Below, in pieces: positions 24,413 to 36,542 of a DNA stretch of 64,000 nucleotides. Every line of letters begins with the position of its first letter. Within the stretch, counting starts at the first letter, position 1. The notes beneath the pieces were generated by a model. That model saw only the letters and a list, made by a program, of their open reading frames with translations, had not been told where the DNA came from and made no database searches. This DNA is from Selaginella moellendorffii. Lineage: Eukaryota > Plantae > Lycopodiophyta. The position numbers and the translations under genes are program-made. Location of the stretch: contig NW_003314290.1 of assembly GCF_000143415.4 (NCBI RefSeq), positions 496,001 to 560,000 of the forward strand. The letters are read 5' to 3'.

Positions 24413-27400
24413 CAAACATCAATCACCCAATCTCAAGCTCTCACAGTATCAGAAAATGGTCCTGGTTACACTCCTTGTCACTTGTAGAAGCGGTTGGAAA
24501 CGTTCTCTGTGTGCTGAATCACTGTTTCAGTCACGGATGTGTTTCTATGGCTAGACTTGTCAATGTAGAGGAGAGAGGAAACCCTCTACCTCATTGAGAC
24601 AGTATACCCACCCTGTCTTGAGGTGGGAGTATCCTGACATGACTTGATGAGAACTGGGATAGACAATCTTAATTGTTGCAACAGATTTTCCAGTTTCCAC
24701 CCTGCATCTTACAACTTTATCCCACATAAGAAAATTGCACGTACCTCGTTGTCATTCGCATAGCTCCAGGAGACAAAACATGCAATTGTCGCCTCTGTTT
24801 TTGATACAGAACGGAGAATGCATGCAGCAATGCGCATTTCATCCTTCCGTACTCGCTTGGATTTGGTCACGGGATCCTTACATCTCCTGCTCGCATCCGT
24901 TAGTATTGAGACTTATACACCAGATACCTGGAAGAAAAACATACTGTGTCTAACACGGGAATCACGTCGAGAGCTTTCTCGACTGCTTTCATCCTTGGAT
25001 TTTCTGCACCCGATAAAGAATGATAACAAATGAAGTATGGTCGATCACTGCAAAGTCACATTACTTGCAAAGAAGGATCAGTCATCTTACCGAGAAGCAA
25101 GTCACCGAATCCAGGACAATTTCAGTGTGCTCAAGGCTTACTCGAGTTGAGAAAGAAGAAGGCACACAGGGTGGTGGTAAAGCTATTGCATAGGTGGTGG
25201 TGGTAGTGGTGGTGGTTTTGACTCGAGCAGTATTCTTTTCGGAACAAGCTGGTGGATATGTATGCTAAATTAGTGCTGGGATTGCAACAAACCTCCAAGA
25301 AGTGGCCTTTGAGGTTTTCTCTTGATTTCTCTCAAGGCTCCAACCAGATCATATATTCTTTGTGGCAGTTCTCGAGGCTTGCAGTCACTTTGCAACTGGC
25401 TGCTCCACTGGATAACACATGGCTTTTCATGCTGAGGCAGCCAGAAGAGGACTTGATACCAGCCTTTTCATTGTCAGCAGTTTACAAGATATGTACTCCA
25501 GGGGTGGACGCCCAGAGAGAAACTGGAGTCGTGGAATGATGTTCTCATTCTGGGATACGCAAAAAATGGCGAAGAAGAGCTGGTACTAAAGCTACTCACA
25601 GAGCTAAAAGTGAAAAACTGCTGACCAGATGTTTTGGCTTCCTTGATTTCGTCCTGTAAGTTTTGATCATTTCCTAATGGGCTGTTCGCCTGTCGACTTG
25701 ATCCGACCATTGGCAGCCGTTGGATTGAGTCAAGTTCTCTGCGAGATCTTGGCAGCTAGCAGCCAGGTTCTCCAAAACTTAGCAGCCGTATGTGTCCATT
25801 AATGGTCTTGCACACAACTCATTAAAGGAATTCTTGGGCATAAGTTCGCCCATCTAGAACTCCTCCTTCCTCATTTTTCTTATACTACTTTCTTTTTCCT
25901 TGTTTTTGTGATTAGGGATGCAAGGCCAAGAATCTGTGATGAGCTTTATCAACATGAGAAAAATGCACTTTCTTGGGGAATCATGAACTTCTAAGTTCAT
26001 AGTTGTCTTTTTAGTTAGTGCTGTAATCAATTCCCTATAGGTACAAATGTGGTGATATCTGGTGGGGAAGGTAAAATTAGAAAATATTCTCCAATAGTAT
26101 CCTTTTTATTTTTATTCCTTCTCTTTTAAATCTAGATTTGTATAATAGATCTAGAATTTTAATTATTTCCCACTTAAGTACTATAATTAGTCCTCACTCC
26201 TTCATAGGGGTTTAAGCTTTCCCTTTAGGATAGAAGTGGGGGAGTAGGGGTACTTATATTAGGTTATTATGCCATAATGTTTAAGGTCTTAAAGTAAGAT
26301 GCATCCATGGCTTGGGATTAAGAGGGTTCCTTAATTAAATTTTATTGTACTAAAGAATGTTAAGAACTTAGAGGATTAATGTGTTTAGCTGCTTGTGATT
26401 ACAGGGAATGTAACTAAACCTTAAGTCCAATCTAACTCAAAGAAGGGGATTAGAAAAGAATTTAAGAATCTGTAAATGGATGGTTAACACCCTATTACTC
26501 GTGTAGTGAATAGTTAAATCTAGATAGGACCAAGTAGGATCTGGTACAATAGGTGAAAACCTTAGTAAAAGAACTTAACTAAAGCTAAGGCAATAGTAGT
26601 TGAATAGACAAGGTAAACTGGCAAATTGGAAAGAAAAAATTTATAATTTACAATTTGGTATCAGAGCTTTTTCTTTTGTTCTAGCAAAGGATAGAGGTGG
26701 ATTTCTAAGAAATGGCTAAAGTAGGGTGTGAACGAACCAAAGTAGAAATAAAGCTTCATTTGAAGATGGAGCTTCCAGTTAAACAAAAAGCTATGGATAA
26801 GGAATCTTTACATGAGAAGGACTCTAATGAGGAAACTTTTAAACAAGAGTTTGGTGATGAAATTTGGTTGTCCAGGGGTTGATTAAATGCTCTGGAAAGA
26901 CAATTCACTTACAGACTTGGGCTCGGGTGAAGTGATGCGTTGGAATTTGACGAATTATAAGGAAACATTGGATACAGATATTAAGGTGAATTTCAATGAT
27001 AATTTGCGAAAAGGGAACACAATAGAGTTGAGGTCTATATTTAGTAAAGGAGCTAAACCAAAAGAGATATATGGCAAAGGGAAATTCATGAAAAGTTTCT
27101 TTAAGAATGAGTCCTTAGAATTTCAGAAAGGTAGATTTGGTGGCTAGAGAGCAAGTATGTAGGGGAGTCAAGTGAAAAAGGACAAACCCACTAATAATAA
27201 AATCAAATCTGCTAGTAGTATGGCAAATAATATATATTATAATTATGGTGAAGTAGGATACTTCTCAAGAGAATGTCCCTACCCAAAAAAGGCTAGAGCC
27301 AATATGGCCACTAAATTGAGTGAAGTCCAAACTGAGGTATGTGATCTAGTCCCTGAGTTAAAGTTATTTATTACATAAGCAATTTTGGAAGAGAGTCATT

Positions 27401-29401
27401 TGCAACATCTACTAACCCTCTAAGGGAAGTTCAAAGGTAATTTTGTTAAGATCTTTATTAATATAGGTGCTTTGGATAATTTTGTGGCTGTAGATATAGT
27501 TTAGCTAATAGTGCAAAGGCTCGGAGAACCAAGGATTATAAAATTTTTTCAGGTATCCAAAGCATAGATGAGGTACTTCGACAAGTAAGAGTTAGAGTAG
27601 AGACATGGAAAGTGGATATAGATTTTATTATTTTGGATATAGTAGGGTTTTATATGATCTTCTGGATGGATTTGTTCAATCAGTTTGTGGCAGCCTTGCA
27701 TAGACAAAGTAAGAACCTGGTGGTACTAGTGAATACCCAAGGAAAATGATCTAGGGTGGAGGTATAGGATTTAAAGGTAGGGCAATCTAAGGCTAAAAAT
27801 TCCTGCTTGAACTTGGTGTTCATGAGAAGACAATTAACTAAAAGAACCAAGACAACTTTTTAGTGCTTACTCTTAGTGGGGAGTGACAAAAGAAAGAAAT
27901 ACCTTCAATGATCTAGCAAGTGTTAAACCAATTTCGAAATACCATGCTAGAGGAACTATCAACAAGGTATACTTTGCCCAATTGATAGAATATAAGATCA
28001 AGTTAGTCAAGGGTGCTAAAACGATGGTTCATCCCCCCTATTAGTTAAATTAAAAGGAACTTGAGGAGCTCAAATGCCAACTTGAGGAGTTGGTGGATAA
28101 AGTATGTTAGGTTAAGTAAGTCATTATATAGGATGTTGATGTTATTTGTGAAAAAAAAAGATGGTTCTATGTGCATGTGCCTAGATTACCAGTTGCTCAA
28201 CAAGTATACAAAGAAGAATAAGTACTTTTTATTAAAGATTGAGGACCTGTTCAATAAATTGGGAAAGACAAAATACTTTTTGAAAATTGACTTAAGGTCA
28301 GGATGCTACCTGATTAGGGTAGTAGAGAAAGATGTCGAGAAGACAACTTATCGAACAAGGTCTGAAGCTTTGAGTTTCTAGTAATACCTTTTAGGTTGTA
28401 CAATGTGTTAGCAATATTCTTGGTGCTGATGAACCATATTTTTATACCATATTTAGATCACTTCATAGTCGTCTAGATTGATTACATTCTGATCTATAGT
28501 AATATACTAAAGGAGCATGCCAAACACTTGATGAAGGTGTTTGAGAAACTAAGGGAATACAAGTTGTATGCTAAAAAGAGCAAATGTGACTTTGCTTAAC
28601 AAGAGGTAAAGTTTCTTAAGCATGTATTGGGCAAGGATACACTTAAGATGGACCCTAGAAGGTCCAAGCGATCAAAGAATGGGAATAACCATTGAATGTA
28701 CATGAGTTAAAGGCGTTTTTGGGGTTATACAACTACTATTGAAAGTTTATCAAAAACTATTTGAGAGTAACCATGCCTTTAACGGACCAAACAGAAAAAG
28801 GGAAAATAATATAGATAATAGAATGTGAGGTGGCATTTGTCCACCTTAAAAGGAAATTGAAAGAGACTCATGTGTTAGTATTACTAGACTTTGATAAGAA
28901 CTTTGAAGTAGAAATGAATGCTTCATACTTTGCATTAGGTGTAGTTTTTAAACAAGACAACCACTTAATGGCATTCTTCTCAAAGAAGTTAGATAAAACT
29001 CAGCAAAAGTGGCATGTCTCTGAAAAAGAACTGTTTGTGGTGATTAAGGCACTCAAGGACTAGCAATACTACCTTGGGAGATATTTTAAAGTATACATGG
29101 ATAATATGGCAATGAAACACTTTTTGTCATAGCCCAACTTTTAAGGAAAACAAGGTAGTGGGCTAATGCTTTGATTGAGTTCAATTGCGAGATTTTATAT
29201 AAGAGCAATATTATGGTAGATGCTCTAAGTCAAAAAGAAAATTTAAAATTAGCGATATCCAACATAATAACAATCTTTTATAGTGATATGTAGACAGTGT
29301 ATGAGGATGATGGTCTAACACAAGAAGTGTTGCTAAAGAACTAAGAGGTGTGGGATACTTACCAAAGAGGTGAGTTGCCTAGGGAAGAGAAAACAAGTTA
29401 T

Positions 29402-30927
29402 TGTAAACGATTAATTTTTCCATTCTACTTTAGTCACTTAACCACATCTCCAACCACTTGGAGGAGTCTCATTCACAACCTCCATAAGTCCAATTTAGGA
29501 TTTGAGGCTTGCTAACCCCGTGAATAGCATCCATACCACTCAACCTTTACACTTGGTCCAAGTGCTCCACATGTCTAATCCCATGACCGATACCCCAAGG
29601 TATCATTGACATATCAACCCATTACGCTAAGGCCATGCCCATTCACCTTGGTCACACTAGTGGTCCAATATCACCTACATCACAATCCCATCTCTCAAAG
29701 ACTGAGTCATCCATCCATGAGTGATCATCCCAGATCCACTCCTTAGCATCCTTAGGATGCCCATAGACATGGGGAATAGCCTTCCCCAATATCTCTTTTC
29801 CAGTCCCCACCAAGTCCCTTTTTGTCCATGGTCGTGTTTGCCAACATTGTCACTGGATTAAGGCCTACAAGCCCAACCGCTAAGTCCCATTGTCCACTGG
29901 GACTTCCTCACCGTGTGACCATATCCTTGGTCACCACACCAGAGGATTAGTCCTCTTCCTTTCCACAGTCTGGGACTTTGGGACAACATTTCAGAACACC
30001 GTGGTCTTACGAGAGCCTCATGGGTACTCTCCCCGCCTTCTACCTTTGGGTGCTCTAGCCATGGGCTTAGAGTGAGGTTCTATTGAGCCACGCTAGGTAT
30101 CCAAGAAGGTAATGCCACCCACGCTTGGACTAGGAGTATAGACTATTTGATCTCTCGGGGGAACTAAAGTCGGCTTTTGAACACTTCACCAAGCTACCCC
30201 ACTTGTCGGTCCATATTCACTCTAGCATTGGACTTCCCAATGGTTATCTCATCACCCAACACCTAGGCACAACCTTCCTAGGTTAAACTAGCCTTTCCTG
30301 GCCAAACTGGCTCCACTGGGATCCAACCCCTACACTCTCCCTACTATACTTTTAGAACACCCTCCCCCCCCTTTTGCCCCCAGGAGGGACGATCGCTTTG
30401 GGCTTTCACCCAACTACCTGTATTAGTATTTGGACTTGGACTTGGACTCGGATTCGGACTCGGACTCAGTCTCAGACTCGGTCTCGGACTTAGACTTTGT
30501 CTTGGACTCGGTCTCGGACTCGGACTCAGATTCGGACTTAGTCTCGATTTTGGTCTTGGTTCCATCTTGGACTCCATCTTGGACTCCATCTTAGGTCCAT
30601 CTCAGACTCCATGTTGGGTCCATCTCTGACTCCACCTTGGGTCCATCTCGGACTCCATCTTAGGTCCATCTTGGACTCCATCTCGGGTTCATCTCGGACT
30701 CCATCTCGAGTCCATCCTAGACTCCATCTCGAACTCCTTCTCGGACTCCATCTTGGACTTCATCTCAAACTCCTTTTCGAACTCCTTCTTGGACTCCATC
30801 TCAGACTCCTTCTCGGACACTTCCATGTGTCATGTATTGGTCCTCTTATGTCCCTTTTCGAGAGACTCACTTATTGCTCAATTCTTGCTTGTTCCTCGAG
30901 CACTTCGTTGGGAGTTCCACTCCCACT
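29402..30927 (-). mobile_element. Family-A solo LTR 1 (main part; its other end is at 33053-33160)
   Basis: Starts TGTAAACG after GTTAT and contains the tandem array at about 30430-30815. The missing end lies inverted at 33053-33160, flanked by ATAAC (reverse complement of GTTAT). Confidence 0.85.
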
Positions 30928-31733
30928 AGGAAGTCCAAGGCTAGAGTGAATATGGACTAACAAGCAAGGTAGCTTGATGAAGTGTTTAAGAGTCGGCTCG
31001 AATGGTCGATGCTCCCAGTCCAAATGTGGGAGGCACTACCTACTTGAATATCTGGCATGGCTCAATAGAACCTTGCTCTACCCCCATGGCTAGAGCACCT
31101 AAAGGCGGAAGGTGGGGAGAGTACCCATGAGGCCCGCATAGGGCCACAGTATTCCAAAATGTTGTCCCAGAGTCCCGGATGGTGGAAAGGAAGAAGAATA
31201 GTCCTCTAGCGTAGTGACCCAGGATGCAGTTACATGGTGAAGAAGTCCCAAAGAACAAGGAGATTTAGTGGTCAGGTCTATGGGCCTTGATCTAGTGGCA
31301 GTGTTGGCAAACACAGCTATGAACAAAAAGGGAGTTGGGGACAGAAAAAGGATATTGGGGAAGGCTATTCCCCATGTCTACAGGCATCTTAAGGATGTTA
31401 AGGAGTGGATTTGGGATGACCACTTATAAAAAAATGATCCAATCTTTGAAAGATGGGATTGTGATGTAAGCGGTGTTGGATCATTAGTGTGATAAAGGTG
31501 GCCTTAGTGTAACGGGCTGATATGTTAATGGTACCTTTGGATGTTAGTCATGGGATTAAACACATGAAACACTTGGACCAAATGCAAAGGCTAAGTGGCA
31601 TAGATGCTATTCACGGGGCTAACAAGTCCCCAAGTCCAAAATAGAACTTATGAAGGTTGTGAGTGAGACTCCTTCAAGTGGTCGGAAATGTGGTTAAGTG
31701 ACTAAAGTAGAATGGAAAATTTAGTCACTTACA
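30928..31733 (+). mobile_element. Family-A solo LTR 2 (inverted part; remainder at 33161-33362)
   Basis: Ends ...TCACTTACA followed by TACTG. The other terminus ends at 33362 followed by CAGTA (reverse complement of TACTG). Confidence 0.85.
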
Positions 31734-31838
31734 TACTGGTAAATTTTTTATCTCAATCTGAGATAATTTCTTCTAGTCTTCCCCTTTTTCAAAGAATAGA
31801 TTTGCCACATCACTTGGGGGGGGGGGGGGGGGGGGGGG

Positions 31839-32698
31839 NNNNNNNNNNNNNNNNNNNNNNNNNNNNNNNNNNNNNNNNNNNNNNNNNNNNNNNNNNNNNN
31901 NNNNNNNNNNNNNNNNNNNNNNNNNNNNNNNNNNNNNNNNNNNNNNNNNNNNNNNNNNNNNNNNNNNNNNNNNNNNNNNNNNNNNNNNNNNNNNNNNNNN
32001 NNNNNNNNNNNNNNNNNNNNNNNNNNNNNNNNNNNNNNNNNNNNNNNNNNNNNNNNNNNNNNNNNNNNNNNNNNNNNNNNNNNNNNNNNNNNNNNNNNNN
32101 NNNNNNNNNNNNNNNNNNNNNNNNNNNNNNNNNNNNNNNNNNNNNNNNNNNNNNNNNNNNNNNNNNNNNNNNNNNNNNNNNNNNNNNNNNNNNNNNNNNN
32201 NNNNNNNNNNNNNNNNNNNNNNNNNNNNNNNNNNNNNNNNNNNNNNNNNNNNNNNNNNNNNNNNNNNNNNNNNNNNNNNNNNNNNNNNNNNNNNNNNNNN
32301 NNNNNNNNNNNNNNNNNNNNNNNNNNNNNNNNNNNNNNNNNNNNNNNNNNNNNNNNNNNNNNNNNNNNNNNNNNNNNNNNNNNNNNNNNNNNNNNNNNNN
32401 NNNNNNNNNNNNNNNNNNNNNNNNNNNNNNNNNNNNNNNNNNNNNNNNNNNNNNNNNNNNNNNNNNNNNNNNNNNNNNNNNNNNNNNNNNNNNNNNNNNN
32501 NNNNNNNNNNNNNNNNNNNNNNNNNNNNNNNNNNNNNNNNNNNNNNNNNNNNNNNNNNNNNNNNNNNNNNNNNNNNNNNNNNNNNNNNNNNNNNNNNNNN
32601 NNNNNNNNNNNNNNNNNNNNNNNNNNNNNNNNNNNNNNNNNNNNNNNNNNNNNNNNNNNNNNNNNNNNNNNNNNNNNNNNNNNNNNNNNNNNNNNNNN
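31839..32698. other. Assembly gap (860 N) flanked by poly-G and a hairpin
   Basis: N run; G23 at 31816-31838; inverted repeat at 32701-32795. Confidence 0.99.
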
Positions 32699-32700
32699 TC

Positions 32701-32795
32701 CAAAGCCTCCCAATTCCTACTTGTCTGTGGGGATATCCTATGATGAAGTTCATCATAAAATATTTCCACAGACAAGTAGGAATTGGGAGGCTTTG
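32701..32795. repeat. Fold-back inverted repeat (47-bp arms, 1-nt loop)
   Basis: 32701-32730 is the exact reverse complement of 32766-32795; the inner 17-bp arms carry 4 mismatches. Confidence 0.9.
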
Positions 32796-34074
32796 CAACA
32801 AGCCCCCACTAGCTTTAGTCATGGCCTTAACCTATTGATGTGTTAGATATATCTTTACATAGTCTTAAATTTTCTTAGTCATGTCTAGTTAATGATACTT
32901 TCTTTTAAGTAAACCCATTGTCTTAGGCACTCTGCCATGTCTTGCAAGATATCTATCATGACACTCTTTTAAGGCTGTCTTCCTTAGTTCCTTTTATAGA
33001 ACATACACCCTCATTTGCTTATAATAAATAAGTTTATTGCATTCCACATAACTGTAAGACCCAAAGTGAAGCCGAAAGGGCACCACGTGGTGGTGGCTGA
33101 AGTGAAAGCCAAACAAGCGTAACACGTTTGGATTAAAAGTTCCGGCTTGAAAGGTCGAAAGATTTCAGGTCCATCTCAGACTTTTATTGCTTGTCTTGTG
33201 CTCGTTCCTTGAGCACTTCGTTGAGAATTCCACTCCCACTCTCGACTTTTCAAATTAGAGCTTTTAGTCTAAATGTGTTATGTTCGTTTGGCTTCTGCTT
33301 CGGCTACTACTACATGGCATTCTTTTGGCTTCATTTTGGGGGTTAGAGATTTGTGTCTCATACAGTACTTATAGAGCAATATTGCACCAAGTTAAAATTC
33401 AATACAGCTTATCACCTACAGACAAGTATTGAATCAAGTATGATAACAATGACACTTTTTGACAGATGGGCAAACAAAAAGAATAAATAAGTAGTTGGAA
33501 GATTATTTGCGATGCTATGTGTTCAAAGACCAAATTGATTAGGTAAGTTATTTGGGACTTGCAGAAATTTAATTTTAAAATTTGATTTATTTTTAAATAA
33601 AATAAAAATACTAGTATATATATTTTTTAAAATTTTAAAATAATTTTAAATTTTAATAAACTATACATAAAATTAAGGTAAGCTATGGTTATAAAGTTTA
33701 AAAATATAATATTTTTTTCCATTTTCATATCTATATAAAAGTTTTTAAAAGTAAAATTATACCTTGCAAAAACTAATAGTACTATAATATTATTTTTATA
33801 TTTTTAATATGATTCAAGCTTATTGGCACAAAACATTATTTCAAAAGTATAAATTTTTAAATCTATACCATACACTAAAACTATTACAACTATTAGTAGT
33901 TTGACATTTCAACCATTATTTTAATATTTAAAGGAATCACTAAAAAATTTATTAAAAATGTTAAATTTTACTACAGAAATTCTGTCATACTTAGAGCTCT
34001 ATTATGTTAAATATCTAATATCTTTAACCGTTATCCTTTTTGTAAAGTTGTGCCGTTTCGATTAGGGCAACGTT

Positions 34075-34083
34075 AAACCCTAA
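34075..34083 (+). promoter_or_regulatory. Telo-box AAACCCTAA upstream of bZIP
   Basis: Exact motif about 140 bp upstream of ATG 34221. Confidence 0.5.
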
Positions 34084-34220
34084 ACGTTTGAGCAGAGATC
34101 TCTAGGACTCTTGGGAGAGAGAACTCTCTGGTTAGTAATCTTCTGCAAGATTCGTCTCCTCCAGATGGGTGATCTTCCTTTTTGTGTGCGTTTGTCTTCC
34201 TTGCCAAGGATTCAGGATCG

Positions 34221-35612
34221 ATGGCTCTTCCAAAGCTGGCAATGCAGCAGGAGCCCTCTTTGTTTGGGGAATTGGATGATCCGGAATGGATCGCCCTCTA
34301 CCCGGAGCAGGACGAAAGCAGGGATCTCTTGCAGCGCGGCGGCGACATTCCCGCCAAATTTTCGAGCGGCGGCGGCGAGATGGTGGTGGTGGCGCCGCCA
34401 TCGTGCTCCGCCGGAGCCGGCGGCGAGAGGAGGATTCTCAAGAGGTTGGGTAAGAGAAAGAGCTCCTCCGTCATCGTGTCGGACGAGAGCGAGGATTTCA
34501 TCGTGAGGAAGCATCACGATTCCCTCCGGCAGCGGAAGAAGGTGTTCGTGGGCGATCTGGAGAGGAAGCTGGGATCCATGACGACGGCGATCGAGGAGCT
34601 AAACAGCGCCATCAATCTCATCGGTGGGGACAAGAAGTTTAAGGTGGTGAGAAACTCTTATCTCCTTCACCAGGGAGCGGTGCCACCGCCGCCACCTCCG
34701 CCGCCGCCACCACCTTCTTTCTTTGCCTCTTCCCCGCTTCCGGGAGGTGCTAGCGGCGCGAAGACGATCCGTTCGAAGAGGAGCAAGCTCCCCAAGCGCG
34801 ACCACAGCAAAGGATTTGGATTTAAAGAGGCGAGGAGGATGATCAAGAGGCCGGCCAGCGCTCTTCTCTTGGTTTTTCTCTGCCTGGTGATGCTCTTCTT
34901 CCCGATCAAAGTCGGGATCCAAGGCCTGGGGAGCTCCCAGAGTTTTGGAGGATCATCACCCGCGACGCAGAGGTGGTCGACGATGAGTTCTCGCGATCAC
35001 GAGCGATGGCCGCCTTCTACTTATGCTTCGAGAATACACGGGATGGAGATTCCACGCTTTACCCGCGGTGGTGTGGAGGGATCCAGCATCCCGGGCCGGG
35101 GTACCAGCGTGGGCAGTGAGAAAAAAGACGAAGGCTCGAGCGCTTCTTCTCCGAGCAGCAAGGTTAATGACTCTACGAACACAGCGAAAGTTGCTGCTAC
35201 TGGTGAAGACGCTCCATTCATGCAGCAGTGGGACAACTCGGGTGAGAAAGAACGTTTTTTTTTCTTTTCCTTTTGATCCATTGGACTGGCTAAACTCTCG
35301 TGTTCTTGTTTTAGAGCAGTCTTTACGGCTGGAAAGTGCACCCAAGTCTTCCAGTTTCGATCCAGCTCCGAGGGGAATGTAGCAGGGTCCCGCATGATCC
35401 GGAAGAAACAGCTCAACGATCGTCCGGGACCCGGGATCCAACTCACCAAGAACAAAGTCGTGCCTCCTCCGATGGTGGTCTCGGTTTTGCCAAAGAAATC
35501 CATGTCGGGGCCTACAGGTGGTGAAGTTTTCGTCGTGGTGGCCATCGACGGGGTAAAGTATGTCACTTATTCGTGCAGCCTTCCGCAGCAAATCATGGCG
35601 GCAGGGCCGTGA
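34221..35612 (+). CDS. Membrane-anchored group-B bZIP (bZIP17/28-like), 2 exons (34221-35241, 35320-35612)
   Basis: RQRKKVFVGDLERKL leucine zipper, TM segment ALLLVFLCLVMLFFP, and conserved lumenal motifs GKCTQVFQF, MVVSVL and VFVVVAIDGVKYVTYSCSLP. A GT-AG intron joins the frames. Confidence 0.85.
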
Positions 35613-36542
35613 TAGGACCAACTTAGCGACAAACAAAGCTCAAATTTCAGGCAAGCAAATACCAAGCAAACTTTTCTTTCCTCCTTCGTTCGCACTTAAT
35701 CATGATCACCGACAGGGAAAGAGCAACAGTGATCGTATATCGGGGTCTATGATTTCTTCGTCTGGGGATTGTGGTCACCAGCAAGGCAGGAAAAAAAACA
35801 CACACACACACACTAGCAGTGTGCTGGGCCAAACGTCAACTTCGAGCTTTTGACAAGTGGACAGAACTGTATAGACGGGCTCTCTCATTCTCGCAGGTTC
35901 TCGCAGGTCCCACGAAGTGGCTGGGTTTTTGGTTTGGGTGGAACTTTGGATTAGAGTACGGAGCTCTAGCATCACAAATCTTCGCAGCAAACAGGAAGAA
36001 TTTGCAAGGGTGTTGCAAGTGTAGAACTTTTTGGGACGCGTTCTACTTATCTCTCGCTTGGGCGAGACGATAGCTACGTGGGAAGTGTGGAGCGAAGCTC
36101 ATGGGAAGCGTGCGGGATAGAAAAAAAACGGGATTGACTAACAGGGGGAATCAGGAAAAGTGGCGAAGAAACACGGAAGCGTGGATCTCAAAGGCGTGTG
36201 TAGCGAGTTTTTCGCCTATGATTTTTCTCTCTGACGACTTACGGGGGTCACTAAAGAAGCAATGACGGCGGCTATGGCGGCTAAGTAGAGAGACGCTACG
36301 CTACTGTTTTGGACAGAGGAATAGAAAACCAAGATAAGTCAGGAAGCTTGCGGAGCACTTAAGCAGAACTTGCGACCACGTTTTTTTTTTCCCACTGGAG
36401 TATATAAGCTCTCCACCGAGGTTACATTCTTTACCAAGATCAAAGACAACGACAGCGAGTTCTCCAAGTAGAGCTCTCTTTCCTTTTCTACTTTCCCTCA
36501 TCTCCAAGGACGAGGAAGCTCAAGAACCTCTGGGACACAAGT

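Larger units (their letters stand above)
26022..33575 (+). mobile_element. Decayed Ty3/gypsy LTR retrotransposon (5' LTR, gag, protease, RT, RNase H, integrase) with nested solo LTRs and an inversion
   Basis: LTR 26022-26652 (TGTAA...TTACA), PBS TGGTATCAGAGC at 26656, degenerate Zn knuckle YYNYGEVGYFSRECP, RT motifs FVKKKDGSM and KIDLRSG, RNase H EMNASYFALG and EKELF. Integrase pieces: ECHD...RHG and GLLQSLPIP (minus, 32730-33052), IISD*DKKFTS (minus, 31734-31815), TAYHLQT/TDGQTKR (plus, 33363-33575). Confidence 0.92.

Noticed and set aside
29402-31733. Apparent novel TIR/fold-back transposon with TGTAA...TTACA ends
   Set aside because: No matching TSD (GTTAT versus TACTG); fully explained by an inversion between two solo LTRs.
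31712-32822. 320-350 aa ORFs
   Set aside because: Artefacts of the N gap; only the flanks carry integrase relics.
35315-35382. Upstream AG acceptor (35314) giving a short bZIP C-terminus
   Set aside because: It terminates at 35382 and loses the conserved motifs; the acceptor at 35319 restores them. Minor alternative use is not excluded.
34956-35636. 226-aa and 181-aa antisense ORFs over the bZIP gene
   Set aside because: Shadow frames of a GC-rich coding region with no recognisable motifs.
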